A stretch of DNA of 64,000 nt from Acidobacteria bacterium SCN 69-37 (lineage in GTDB: Bacteria; Acidobacteriota; Vicinamibacteria; Vicinamibacterales; SCN-69-37): positions 18,595-82,594 of the forward strand of contig MEDJ01000007.1 of the NCBI GenBank assembly GCA_001724025.1, written 5' to 3'. The notes under the pieces were generated by a model. That model did no database searches and was not told the origin of the DNA. It saw only the letters and a program-made list of their open reading frames with translations. The position numbers and the translations under genes were made by a program. Shown here one piece after another: positions 35,289-42,765 of the stretch. Positions within the stretch are counted from its first letter, which is position 1, and every line of letters starts with the position of its first letter.

Positions 35289-35594
35289 AAGCTGAACGAA
35301 CTCTACGAACAGATCGAGATCAAGAGGTATGGGCGCGTCTGGACTACGGAAGAGATCGCCCTCGGTTTCGTCGGGGACGTCGGCGATCTGGCAAAGTTGA
35401 TCCAGGCGAACGCCGGCGTCCGGACCATTGAGGACTGCCAGGCAAAACTGGGCCATGAGCTATCGGATTGTTTGTGGTCGATCATGGTTCTTGCGGACAA
35501 GGTTGGCGTCGACCTCGAGGCGGAGTTTGTCAGGAACACCAGAGAGATCGCCGACTGCGTCTCTCGCGAACTGGGGACCGACGGGGACAGCTGA
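35244..35594 (+). CDS. MazG-like nucleotide pyrophosphohydrolase family protein
   Basis: MDNNMTFRDLEESALKLNELY ... GDVGDLAKL ... HELSDCLWSIMVLADKVGVDLE shows the MazG-like all-alpha NTP-PPase pattern. The start could be 35223 (GTG), 35244 or 35256. Confidence 0.8.
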   Translation: MDNNMTFRDLEESALKLNELYEQIEIKRYGRVWTTEEIALGFVGDVGDLAKLIQANAGVRTIEDCQAKLGHELSDCLWSIMVLADKVGVDLEAEFVRNTREIADCVSRELGTDGDS

Positions 35595-35919
35595 CGCACG
35601 TCCAGCGCGTGGCGGTACGGCAATCAGCAACTATCCGACGAGCCCGTCCGTCGGTCTCCCGGCGACGACTTCACGGCCGGAACGCGCACGTTTCTCGTGT
35701 GCCGACTCGCTTTGGCACCTGGGGCCGCAGCGGACACAAACCAGCGCCTTTCCAGCTGATGCCGGTCAGAGGATGCGTGCTACCATGCCGGTCTTCATCG
35801 ACTTGCGAGGGAACTGCCCGGCATCTGGTCGCCGGCCTTGGTCGGCAGGTGTCTCCGAACGACGACCGCTGTTGTTGCGGGTTCACTACTTGTCAGGTTG
35901 ATCCAGGAGTGAGTAACGC

Positions 35920-36111
35920 ATGCTCGAACTACTCGCAAAGATCATCACTGATACCGGGTTGCAGGCGGTGGGATGGGGCGCAATGAAGGCGGTCTCGTTC
36001 GGTCGGTATCGTGGGTTTCAACCCGAGGACGTGGTCCTCGAGGCCACGGTCGGCTTCATCACGCTGGCCGTCGTCGGCTACGGCGTCTACCGCTGGGTGC
36101 TCTGGATTTAG
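35920..36111 (+). CDS. 63-aa hypothetical protein with C-terminal TM helix
   Basis: AGGAGTGAG 8 nt upstream of the ATG. C-terminal ATVGFITLAVVGYGVYRWVLWI. No family recognised. Confidence 0.5.
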   Translation: MLELLAKIITDTGLQAVGWGAMKAVSFGRYRGFQPEDVVLEATVGFITLAVVGYGVYRWVLWI

Positions 36112-36169
36112 AACACGACACGCGATTGTGAACGTGTCCGGCAGGGAATCCGGCAGGTCATTACCGTGG

Positions 36170-36175
36170 TAATAT
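36170..36175 (+). promoter_or_regulatory. -10-like hexamer TAATAT, 6 nt upstream of the AbrB-type antitoxin ATG (leaderless-type)
   Basis: GGTAATATGCCGAGATG. Confidence 0.4.
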
Positions 36176-36181
36176 GCCGAG

Positions 36182-36442
36182 ATGGCATTGGCGCATTCGA
36201 AAGTCACGGCTCAAGGGCAGGTTTCGGTTCCCGCCAGGGTGCGCCAACGACTCGGCGTGGGGCCCGGCTCGGTGTTGGAGTGGGAGGAGGACGGCGACCG
36301 CGTCATCGTTCGGCGGGCGGGCCGCTATTCATCCGAAGATATTCATCGGATGCTGTTTTCGAAGCCCCCGAGACCGCGCAGCCTCGAAGACATGAAGACC
36401 GGCATTCGGCAGGACATCAAAAAGCGCCATGCGGGCCGTTGA
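36182..36442 (+). CDS. vapB: AbrB/MazE/SpoVT-family antitoxin
   Basis: SKVTAQGQVSVPARVRQRLGVGPGSVLEWEEDGDRVIV is the swapped-hairpin AbrB-type motif. It overlaps the downstream PIN gene by 14 nt. Confidence 0.85.
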   Translation: MALAHSKVTAQGQVSVPARVRQRLGVGPGSVLEWEEDGDRVIVRRAGRYSSEDIHRMLFSKPPRPRSLEDMKTGIRQDIKKRHAGR

Positions 36443-36809
36443 CACCAATGTGCTGGTTTGGCTCATGACGCGTGATGACCCCAAGCAGGCGGCTGCCGCC
36501 GACGCGTTCGTCGCGCCTGGGGCCTGGGTTTCGCATCTGGCGGTCGCCGAAGCCACGTGGGTCCTCGCCTCTGTCTATGGGCGGGACGCCGCAGCGATCG
36601 CGACGGCTGTCGAGATGCTCTTGAGTCACGAACACCTGACCGTTCAAGACTCGGAGGCGGTCGACGCTGCTGTCGCACAGTTTCGGCGGCGACCGAAAGT
36701 CGGATTCTCCGATTGTCTCCTGGTGGAGATCGCTCGGAAGGCCGGGCACACCCCCCTCGGCACCTTTGATCGCGATCTGAGCAAGATTGACGGGGCGCAG
36801 CGTCTGTGA
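36429..36809 (+). CDS. vapC: PIN-domain toxin (VapC)
   Basis: AVDTNVLV (first acidic residue), HLAVAEATWVL, and FSDCLLVEIARKAGHTPLGTFDRD (C-terminal acidic residues). Confidence 0.85.
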   Translation: MRAVDTNVLVWLMTRDDPKQAAAADAFVAPGAWVSHLAVAEATWVLASVYGRDAAAIATAVEMLLSHEHLTVQDSEAVDAAVAQFRRRPKVGFSDCLLVEIARKAGHTPLGTFDRDLSKIDGAQRL

Positions 36810-36918
36810 CGCACAGCGGCCCAACAACCAAACGAGTCGTCGCACCCGCTGCCTTGTGTCCGGCTGTCGCCGCGGTGCACGACTCGAGCCGCAGACGCGA
36901 CTCCAGATAATCCTTCGG

Positions 36919-37066
36919 CAGACGTGTGTCATCTGCAGCCGGACGACGTTGCCGCCTCACCCCCAGCCGCACAGGCCGAGGTGCCCGTGGCGTTGCTCGA
37001 GAAGGCGTCCTGACACGGGGATCCCACCGGAGGGGACTCGTCCGGAGGACGTCGACACACGGGCGG
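36919..37066. repeat. R2-related degenerate palindrome (plus a further degenerate copy at 36853..36880)
   Basis: Left CAGACGTGTGTCATCTGCAGCCGGACG. Right CGTCCGGAGGACGTCGACACACGGGCGG, sharing the GTGTGTC(N8)CCGGACG dyad. It is followed by the hairpin GGGCGGGGCGCATGCGTCCCGCCC. Confidence 0.6.
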
Positions 37067-37140
37067 GGCGCATGCGTCCCGCCCGATCTCCTGCTGCACC
37101 TCCGCACCCTCGCACTGAGCTACAATGCCCCCTCCCATCC

Positions 37141-38739
37141 ATGCGGACAGACGTCGTCTACGCGTTTGGTCCCTACCGGCTCGACGTGCGCGTGCTGCGT
37201 TTCACCCGCGGCGGCGTCATCGTCGTGCTGCCGATGAAACACGTCGAACTGCTGCACGCGCTGGTGTCGCGCGCGGGACAGGTGGTGTCGAAAGACGATC
37301 TGATCCGCGTGGCCTGGCAGCATCAGTCCGCCTCCGATAACAGCCTGGCGCAGGCCATTCTGCTGATCCGAGACACGTTGGATCCGGATGCTCCGTCGGC
37401 GTACATCGAAACCGTGCGAGGACATGGCTACCGGTTCGTGGCCGTCGTCGAGGCGATCGCACCGCGCTTCACGGACGCGGACCGTGCGGACGTGCTGGCC
37501 CGTCACCAATCGTGGTTCGATGGCCGCGCCATGCTCGAGAGCCTGGTGATCGCGCAGGTCATCGAGGCCCGCGGCGTCTTCGAGGATCTGCTCCGCGATG
37601 GTGGCGATGACGACGTGCGCGTGCACATCGGCCTGGCGAACGCGTGCGCCATGATCTCCGAGCACTCGCGCGCGAGTGCCGTGCCCGACATCGCGTCGCG
37701 GCGCCTGGCGTATCGGCACGCGGTGACGGCCACTGAACGGGCGCCCGACCGCGCCGAAGCGTGGGCCACGCTCGGGTTCGTCCTGGGGATCATGCGGCGG
37801 GATCGCGAGGCACGGGCGGCGCTCGACTGCGCCATGCGGATCGACGCGGGAAACTGGCGGGTCTTTCTGCGGCTCGCACTCGTGACCTGGGGCACACCGC
37901 GGCTCGAGGCGCTCGCACGGGTGCTGACGCTGATGCCTGGCCTGCCGATGGCGCACTGGCTCGTGGCCTCGGTACACGTGGCGCGAAACGCGTTGAAGGC
38001 CGCGGCGCGCGAGCTCGATCTGGCGCTGGCGATCGTGTCGCGCGATGCGAGTCTCTCGGCGCGTTTTCAGGCCGTCGGGCTGCACTGGCTGCGTGGCCTG
38101 CTGTTCCTGGCCGACGGGCAGGTGGAAAAGGGCATCGCATCGTTTCAGCGCGAGGTGGCACTCGAGATTGACGGGCACATCTACGCATCCGAATGTGCGG
38201 CGCAGGCGTGGTGCGGGATCGGGGCGTGCCACCTCCGGTCGGACGAACAGGTGGCGCGCGAGGCGTTCGACGAAGCGATCCGGCGCGTGCCCGGGCATCC
38301 GCAGGCGCATCTGGGCCTGGCGATCCTCGACGCGCGTGGCGACGACGGCTCGGTGGCGGCGCACCTCGAGGTTCGTCTGCACGCCGTGGCCACATCGCGG
38401 CCCGTCGATCCCGATGCGGCCGATCGCGGTCTTCCCACGCACGTGCCGTTCGAGGTGCACGTGGCCCGTGCTGCCGCATTGAAGGCGGACGGCCGCATCG
38501 TCGAGGGCATGCGGTTGCTGCTGGCCGCACTCGAAGCCGCTCCACCGGGGAACAGCGGCTGGTTCATTCCGCTCATCCGTTCCTGCGCGTCATGGCGGAC
38601 CCAGAGACCGCGGCCACCCTGCTCGGCACGCTCAGCGACAGGGCCTGGTAGGAAGCGGTGCCGGACAGGCCGTCAGCCGTACTCTGACGACGCTATACTT
38701 TGGCGATGCCCGTCATCGCGTTGTTCTTCGGCATCGTGA
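37141..38739 (+). CDS. winged-helix (CadC/OmpR-type trans_reg_C) plus TPR regulator; C-terminus apparently frameshifted (authentic stop probably 38651)
   Basis: MRTDVVYAFGPYRLDV...ETVRGHGYRFVAVVE is a wHTH domain, followed by TPR-like repeats. After GWFIPL at about 38575 the ORF becomes Arg/Cys/Ser-rich, while the neighbouring frame reads PFLRVMADPETAATLLGTLSDRAW*. TACAAT lies 14 nt upstream of the ATG. Confidence 0.8.
   Translation: MRTDVVYAFGPYRLDVRVLRFTRGGVIVVLPMKHVELLHALVSRAGQVVSKDDLIRVAWQHQSASDNSLAQAILLIRDTLDPDAPSAYIETVRGHGYRFVAVVEAIAPRFTDADRADVLARHQSWFDGRAMLESLVIAQVIEARGVFEDLLRDGGDDDVRVHIGLANACAMISEHSRASAVPDIASRRLAYRHAVTATERAPDRAEAWATLGFVLGIMRRDREARAALDCAMRIDAGNWRVFLRLALVTWGTPRLEALARVLTLMPGLPMAHWLVASVHVARNALKAAARELDLALAIVSRDASLSARFQAVGLHWLRGLLFLADGQVEKGIASFQREVALEIDGHIYASECAAQAWCGIGACHLRSDEQVAREAFDEAIRRVPGHPQAHLGLAILDARGDDGSVAAHLEVRLHAVATSRPVDPDAADRGLPTHVPFEVHVARAAALKADGRIVEGMRLLLAALEAAPPGNSGWFIPLIRSCASWRTQRPRPPCSARSATGPGRKRCRTGRQPYSDDAILWRCPSSRCSSAS
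38694..38699 (+). promoter_or_regulatory. -10-like hexamer TATACT, 6 nt upstream of the DUF4160 ATG (leaderless-type)
   Basis: CGCTATACTTTGGCGATG. Confidence 0.4.
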
Positions 38740-38966
38740 TCCGGATGCACTACAAGGAGCACGAACCGCGGCATTTTCACGCCGAGTATCAAGCGCAGCA
38801 GGGCAAGTTCGACTTCGACGGCAATCAGACCGTAGGCAATATCACGTCGAAGAACGCCCTCGCGTTGATTCGCCAGTGGGCGCAACTTCATCGGCCGGCC
38901 CTCGATGCCAATTGGGCTAACATCAAGGCCGGGAAGCCGTTGGATCGCATTCCACCGCTGGATTGA
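38706..38966 (+). CDS. DUF4160 domain protein
   Basis: MPVIALFFGIVIRMHYKEHEPRHFHAEY is the hallmark DUF4160 N-terminus. Confidence 0.85.
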   Translation: MPVIALFFGIVIRMHYKEHEPRHFHAEYQAQQGKFDFDGNQTVGNITSKNALALIRQWAQLHRPALDANWANIKAGKPLDRIPPLD

Positions 38967-38976
38967 GGAGCAGGGC

Positions 38977-39255
38977 ATGGCATTTCTTCCGAACGTCGTT
39001 CGTGCCGAGCACGCCGGCGGATTCAAGATTCGCCTGATGTTCAACGACGGCGTTGAAGCGACCGTCGACTTTCGGCCATGGCTGACGGGGCCCGTTTTCG
39101 AGCCGCTGAAGCAGGCCCGCTACTTCCGGAAGTTCTTCGTTGACGGCGGTACAGTTGCGTGGCCGAACGGCGCAGACATTGCGCCGGAAACGCTCTACGA
39201 AGCGGCAAGGATCATACGATCCAGCGGCGCACTGGAGCCGGCGACGCAGGACTGA
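38977..39255 (+). CDS. DUF2442 domain protein
   Basis: GAGGAG upstream of ATG 38977. VVRAEHAGGFKIRLMFNDGVEATVDF ... GGTVAWPNGADIAPETLY is the DUF2442 pattern. It sits directly downstream of DUF4160, a recurrent pairing. Confidence 0.85.
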   Translation: MAFLPNVVRAEHAGGFKIRLMFNDGVEATVDFRPWLTGPVFEPLKQARYFRKFFVDGGTVAWPNGADIAPETLYEAARIIRSSGALEPATQD

Positions 39256-39295
39256 CGCGACCGCACGACGGCTCGGCACGATCGGCTTCGGACGT

Positions 39296-39324
39296 CTTCG
39301 GCGTATGTGTTGCCTGCGCCGGCC
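39296..39324. repeat. R2 half-site
   Basis: CTTCGGCGTATGTGTTGCCTGCGCCGGCC nearly matches the complement of the right arm of the 33175..33301 element (ATGTGTGTCGCCTGCGCCGGCC). It lies between the DUF2442 and GNAT 3' ends. Confidence 0.7.
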
Positions 39325-39329
39325 TCCAG

Positions 39330-40085
39330 CTACGGAATCTCGGCTTTTGCTGCCGTTGCGACGGCTTCGTGAAAGGGACAGTGCCGTTCGAATCCGAGGC
39401 TCTCGTACACGCGCAGGGCAGGGGCGTTGTCGTGGCGGACGTTCAATACGACCGTCTCGATGTCTGCCAGCGCGCGGACGACCGCCTGTGTCGTGGCGCG
39501 AGCCAGGCCACGCCCGCGACGGTCGCGCCGTGTGTAGACGTTACCGATGGCCGCGGCGCGTTCCTGGCGCGCGAGCACATGGGTGCCGGCAGCTGATACG
39601 AGTTGCCCCTCCTCGTAGATACCGAAATACGCGCCGTCCTGCACCGACGAAGGCATGAAGAAGTCGGGCGCTTCGCCGGTGGCGTCGCCATCGGCATAGA
39701 GCGCGTGCAGCGCGGGCACGTCGGCGGGGCCGAGCGGTACGACGCGCGCGTCGTGCTCATCCCCGGTCGGTGTGGTTCGTCGCATCCGCCACATCCGCCG
39801 GTCGTGCTCGATGTGCGCCCGCCTGCTCACCTCGGTAAACACGTCGTCTTGAACCTGCACGTGAAACGGCCATGTGGTGTGCGCCATGGCTTCGGGCAGA
39901 CACTCAGCGTCCATCGCAAAGAGGATGCACGTGTCGTACGCGTGGAGCACGAGCGTGATGCCTGGTGTGAACCACCGCGTCGATGGGAAGAGATCCGGCG
40001 CGAGGTCGCAGAGGGCATAGGCCGACCACGCCGGGTCGCGGCGAAGGGCAGTTCGGATGCTGGGGATGTCTGTCAAGATCGGCAT
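39330..40085 (-). CDS. GNAT-family N-acetyltransferase (FR47-like C-terminal domain)
   Basis: AIGNVYTRRDRRGRGLARATTQAVV is the acetyl-CoA binding R/Q-x-x-G-x-G/A motif. The start overlaps the upstream XRE gene by 13 nt. Confidence 0.85.
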   Translation of the reverse strand: MPILTDIPSIRTALRRDPAWSAYALCDLAPDLFPSTRWFTPGITLVLHAYDTCILFAMDAECLPEAMAHTTWPFHVQVQDDVFTEVSRRAHIEHDRRMWRMRRTTPTGDEHDARVVPLGPADVPALHALYADGDATGEAPDFFMPSSVQDGAYFGIYEEGQLVSAAGTHVLARQERAAAIGNVYTRRDRRGRGLARATTQAVVRALADIETVVLNVRHDNAPALRVYESLGFERHCPFHEAVATAAKAEIP

Positions 40086-40279
40086 GTACCCGTCTTGTCG
40101 AACACGTCCTCGACGGCGAGGCCGAAAGCGCCGGCGATGCGGAAGGCCAGCGGCAGGGAGGGATCGAAACGGCCGTTCTCGATCGCGTTGATGGAATTGC
40201 GCGAGACATATACGCGGTCAGCCAGTTCGGCCTGACTCCAGCCCTTCTCCGCGCGCAGTACGCGAATGCGGTTCTTCAT
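40073..40279 (-). CDS. XRE-family helix-turn-helix transcriptional regulator (68 aa)
   Basis: MKNRIRVLRAEKGWSQAELADRVYVSRNSINAIENGRFDPSLPLAFRIAGAFG is the classic short HTH_3 regulator. Confidence 0.9.
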   Translation of the reverse strand: MKNRIRVLRAEKGWSQAELADRVYVSRNSINAIENGRFDPSLPLAFRIAGAFGLAVEDVFDKTGTCRS

Positions 40280-40295
40280 GAGGCCAGCCCGCTGG

Positions 40296-40775
40296 TCACG
40301 GCCGCGCCATGCGCCGCTGCCAGATCGCGGAGGCGACCATCACGGCGATCAGCTGCATGAAGACGACCAGCATGAGGCCGAAGAAGAGTGCCAGCCGCAC
40401 GGCGTCGCGATCGGACATGTCGGGCGAGCCGGTGCCGAGCCTGTTCGCCAGGTCGGTCAACCCGTTCGCCACCGGTGGCAACATCAACAGCACCACCGTG
40501 GCCATCGCTCCCCAGGTCCACCCGCGGGAGCTGGCGAATCCCTGGCTGGCGATCTGCACTTCGTCGAGGCGCCGCTGCTGCCTGTTCGCCAGAAAGACCG
40601 AGTAGCCCATCACGAAGATCGACACCGCGGCAGTCAGCGTCAGCACCAGCGCGTCACTCTGCTGCTTCAGCCACGGGATGGCGCTGAAGAAACCGATGAC
40701 GACGACGAGAACGGGCGAGAACCACAGGGCGCACCGGCCGATGGATTTCGGAAGGTTCTTTGTCATGAGTGACAT
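40296..40775 (-). CDS. four-TM membrane protein, first gene of the membrane-XRE-GNAT operon
   Basis: ORF 40296..40877 with ATGs at 40775 and 40766 just after AAAGG. Hydrophobic segments include CALWFSPVLVVVIGFFSAI and LVLTLTAAVSIFVMGYSVFL. It is preceded by the most A/T-rich stretch of the window. Confidence 0.6.
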   Translation of the reverse strand: MSLMTKNLPKSIGRCALWFSPVLVVVIGFFSAIPWLKQQSDALVLTLTAAVSIFVMGYSVFLANRQQRRLDEVQIASQGFASSRGWTWGAMATVVLLMLPPVANGLTDLANRLGTGSPDMSDRDAVRLALFFGLMLVVFMQLIAVMVASAIWQRRMARP

Positions 40776-40932
40776 CCTTTGATGGAGGGCTCTCGGGGCG
40801 GGCCCTCGAACGTGACATTGAACATCAAGCTTGTCTATGTGCACAGTTAGCTTGTTACTTTGACGCCTCGATGACAAGTATTAATTTCATCGCCGGGCAC
40901 TCACGACCGAGCGGAGCCGCAGGCGACGGGTG

Positions 40933-42681
40933 CTAGCGCGACGCGCGCTCTGCTGTCAACTCGATGCGGACGCGGAGCGAGGCCAGTGCGGCGTCGATCT
41001 TCGACAGTTCGCGCTCCATGCCGCGCAATTTGTCGTGCTCGGCACGGATGAACCGGCTGTAGGGCGCGATGCTCCCGCGGATGCGATCGCTGCTGTGCTG
41101 GATTTCGCGGGAGAACTGCCGGTGCAGGGCGTCGGACAGCCGTTCGCGGACGCCGGCGATCTTGGCGCGCATCTCGTCCTTGGCCCGCTTTCGGCGCGCC
41201 GGCAGGATGAAGAAGCCGATGGCCGCCAGCACCGAGGCCAGTGCGATGCCCGTGATGTCGGCGGCCGCGGTCGACGCGGCCACCGTCACGATTGCGCCCA
41301 GACCCAGCGCGCCGGCGCCGGCCGCCGCGGCCGCCGCCACCGCGTTGCGGGCGTTGTCGGCCAGTTGCTGCGCCTCGCGCCGGCTGTCGTAGGACTCGAC
41401 CACGCGCTGCGCTTCGCGGCGCACGGCGTCGATGATCCGCGTCCGATCGTCGTGGAACTGGCCGGCGTCGCCGCCGACGATGCGGTCCTGGTGCTGGCGG
41501 TGTCGATCGGCGAGATGACGCGTGATCGCCTGCCACTGCCGCAGGTCGACCGACACGAGCCAGTCGGCGAGTTCGGCCACCTTCCGCTCGATCTGTTCGG
41601 GAACGTCGCCGACCACCTGCTGCTCGAACGCCTGTTGCACGCGGCTCCGATTGAGCAGGTCCACGACGCGTCCGATCCGGATCGTCTCGTCGAAGAAGTC
41701 CTGCCCGCGACGCTCCAGCGACATCAGGACGGCGGCGATGTCCGTCATGCGCAGGTTCACGTCCCGCGTGAGGTCCTGTCCGTACACCTCGAGCTGGCGT
41801 TCCACGTCGTCCAGCATCCCGACGTCGTCCTGCAACAGTGCCAGGCGCTCTGAGACGGCGGTCTGCAGGCGGCCTGTCACCGCCGATGCCACGCCGAGCG
41901 GATTGAGGAGTTTCAACTGTACGCGGCCCGGCGCATCGAGCGTCGACGCGATGAACCGTTCGAGCGCCTCGAAGCCGCTGGGGGCCCACGAGGACTGATC
42001 GCCCTGTTTGGCCTTCAAGGCGAGTCGCGCGCTGACCGGGAAGATCTCGGGGCTCGAACCGAGCAGGGCCCTGGCATTGTCGGCGACGAACGTCCGGACT
42101 TCGTCGACGTCGGCGGGCGTGGTGAGCAGGTCGATCTTGTTGATGACGAGCACGACCTTCTTGCCCCACTCGCGGATCCGTTCGAGGAACGCCCGCTCCG
42201 TCTCGGTGAACGGCCGATCGGCCGACGTGACGAACAGGACGATGTCTGAACGCGGCACGAACTCGGCGGTAATCGCCTCGTGCTCGCGGATGATCGCGTT
42301 GGTGCCCGGCGTGTCGACGATCCGGATGTCCCGCAGGATGTCGGCCGGCGCCGTGACGACGTGCAGCGCGCGATCGGTGATCGTGCGGCTGGTGGTTTCG
42401 CCGTGCTGCAGGACGTTGATCTGGGCCGTGGTCGGGGTGACGCCCTCCTGCGCGACGGTCGCGCCGACCAGCGCGTTGATGAAGGCGCTCTTGCCGGCGT
42501 TGAACTCGCCGACGATGACAAGGAGGAACAGCTCGTCGAGCTGCTCGACGGACCGATCGAGCGCGGCGCGCTGGTCGGGCGCCGCGTCGAACGTGACGAG
42601 CGCCGCCTGCAGGCGTCCGAGGAGCCGCCGCTCGTCCTTGAGGATCTCGTCCTGGGCCGGATCCAGGATCTTCGTGAGCAT
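40933..42681 (-). CDS. dynamin-family GTPase (bacterial dynamin-like protein)
   Basis: P-loop GEFNAGKS, IVDTPG, NKID. C-terminal hydrophobic paddle AAAAAAGAGALGLGAIVTVAASTAAADITGIALASVLAAIGFFIL. Internal ATG at 42681. Confidence 0.9.
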   Translation of the reverse strand: MLTKILDPAQDEILKDERRLLGRLQAALVTFDAAPDQRAALDRSVEQLDELFLLVIVGEFNAGKSAFINALVGATVAQEGVTPTTAQINVLQHGETTSRTITDRALHVVTAPADILRDIRIVDTPGTNAIIREHEAITAEFVPRSDIVLFVTSADRPFTETERAFLERIREWGKKVVLVINKIDLLTTPADVDEVRTFVADNARALLGSSPEIFPVSARLALKAKQGDQSSWAPSGFEALERFIASTLDAPGRVQLKLLNPLGVASAVTGRLQTAVSERLALLQDDVGMLDDVERQLEVYGQDLTRDVNLRMTDIAAVLMSLERRGQDFFDETIRIGRVVDLLNRSRVQQAFEQQVVGDVPEQIERKVAELADWLVSVDLRQWQAITRHLADRHRQHQDRIVGGDAGQFHDDRTRIIDAVRREAQRVVESYDSRREAQQLADNARNAVAAAAAAGAGALGLGAIVTVAASTAAADITGIALASVLAAIGFFILPARRKRAKDEMRAKIAGVRERLSDALHRQFSREIQHSSDRIRGSIAPYSRFIRAEHDKLRGMERELSKIDAALASLRVRIELTAERASR

Positions 42682-42687
42682 CGGCTG

Positions 42688-42693
42688 AGAATA
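42688..42693 (-). promoter_or_regulatory. -10-like hexamer TATTCT, 6 nt upstream of the dynamin ATG (leaderless-type)
   Basis: Minus strand reads AAGTATTCTCAGCCGATG. Confidence 0.3.
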
Positions 42694-42765
42694 CTTGAAA
42701 TGGTGCCGCGATGGGCCTGCAGGCCCGATTGTGCGCATCGCCCTGTTTCGGTACGCTTGCCGCGC

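Noticed and set aside
35468-35986. Cys-rich small ORF (…DDRCCCGFTTCQ…) and a 38-aa ORF (35785-35901) in the 326-bp gap after the MazG-like gene. These were considered as possible RiPP precursors or small proteins.
   Set aside because: There is no convincing RBS or promoter spacing. The first overlaps the better-supported 63-aa gene in another frame. No maturation enzymes are nearby, and the composition looks like out-of-frame text.
33175-39324. Integron gene-cassette array, with the R2 palindromes acting as attC sites.
   Set aside because: There are no recognisable RYYYAAC/GTTRRRY core sites and no intI integrase or attI. Modules have their own promoters and mixed orientation, and there are fewer elements than cassettes. 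It is kept only as a hypothesis to test with attC covariance models.
40933-42681. Dynamin-like GTPase as a complete Eleos/LeoABC-type defence system.
   Set aside because: Only one dynamin-family gene is present. The partner GTPase genes that define the known systems are absent.
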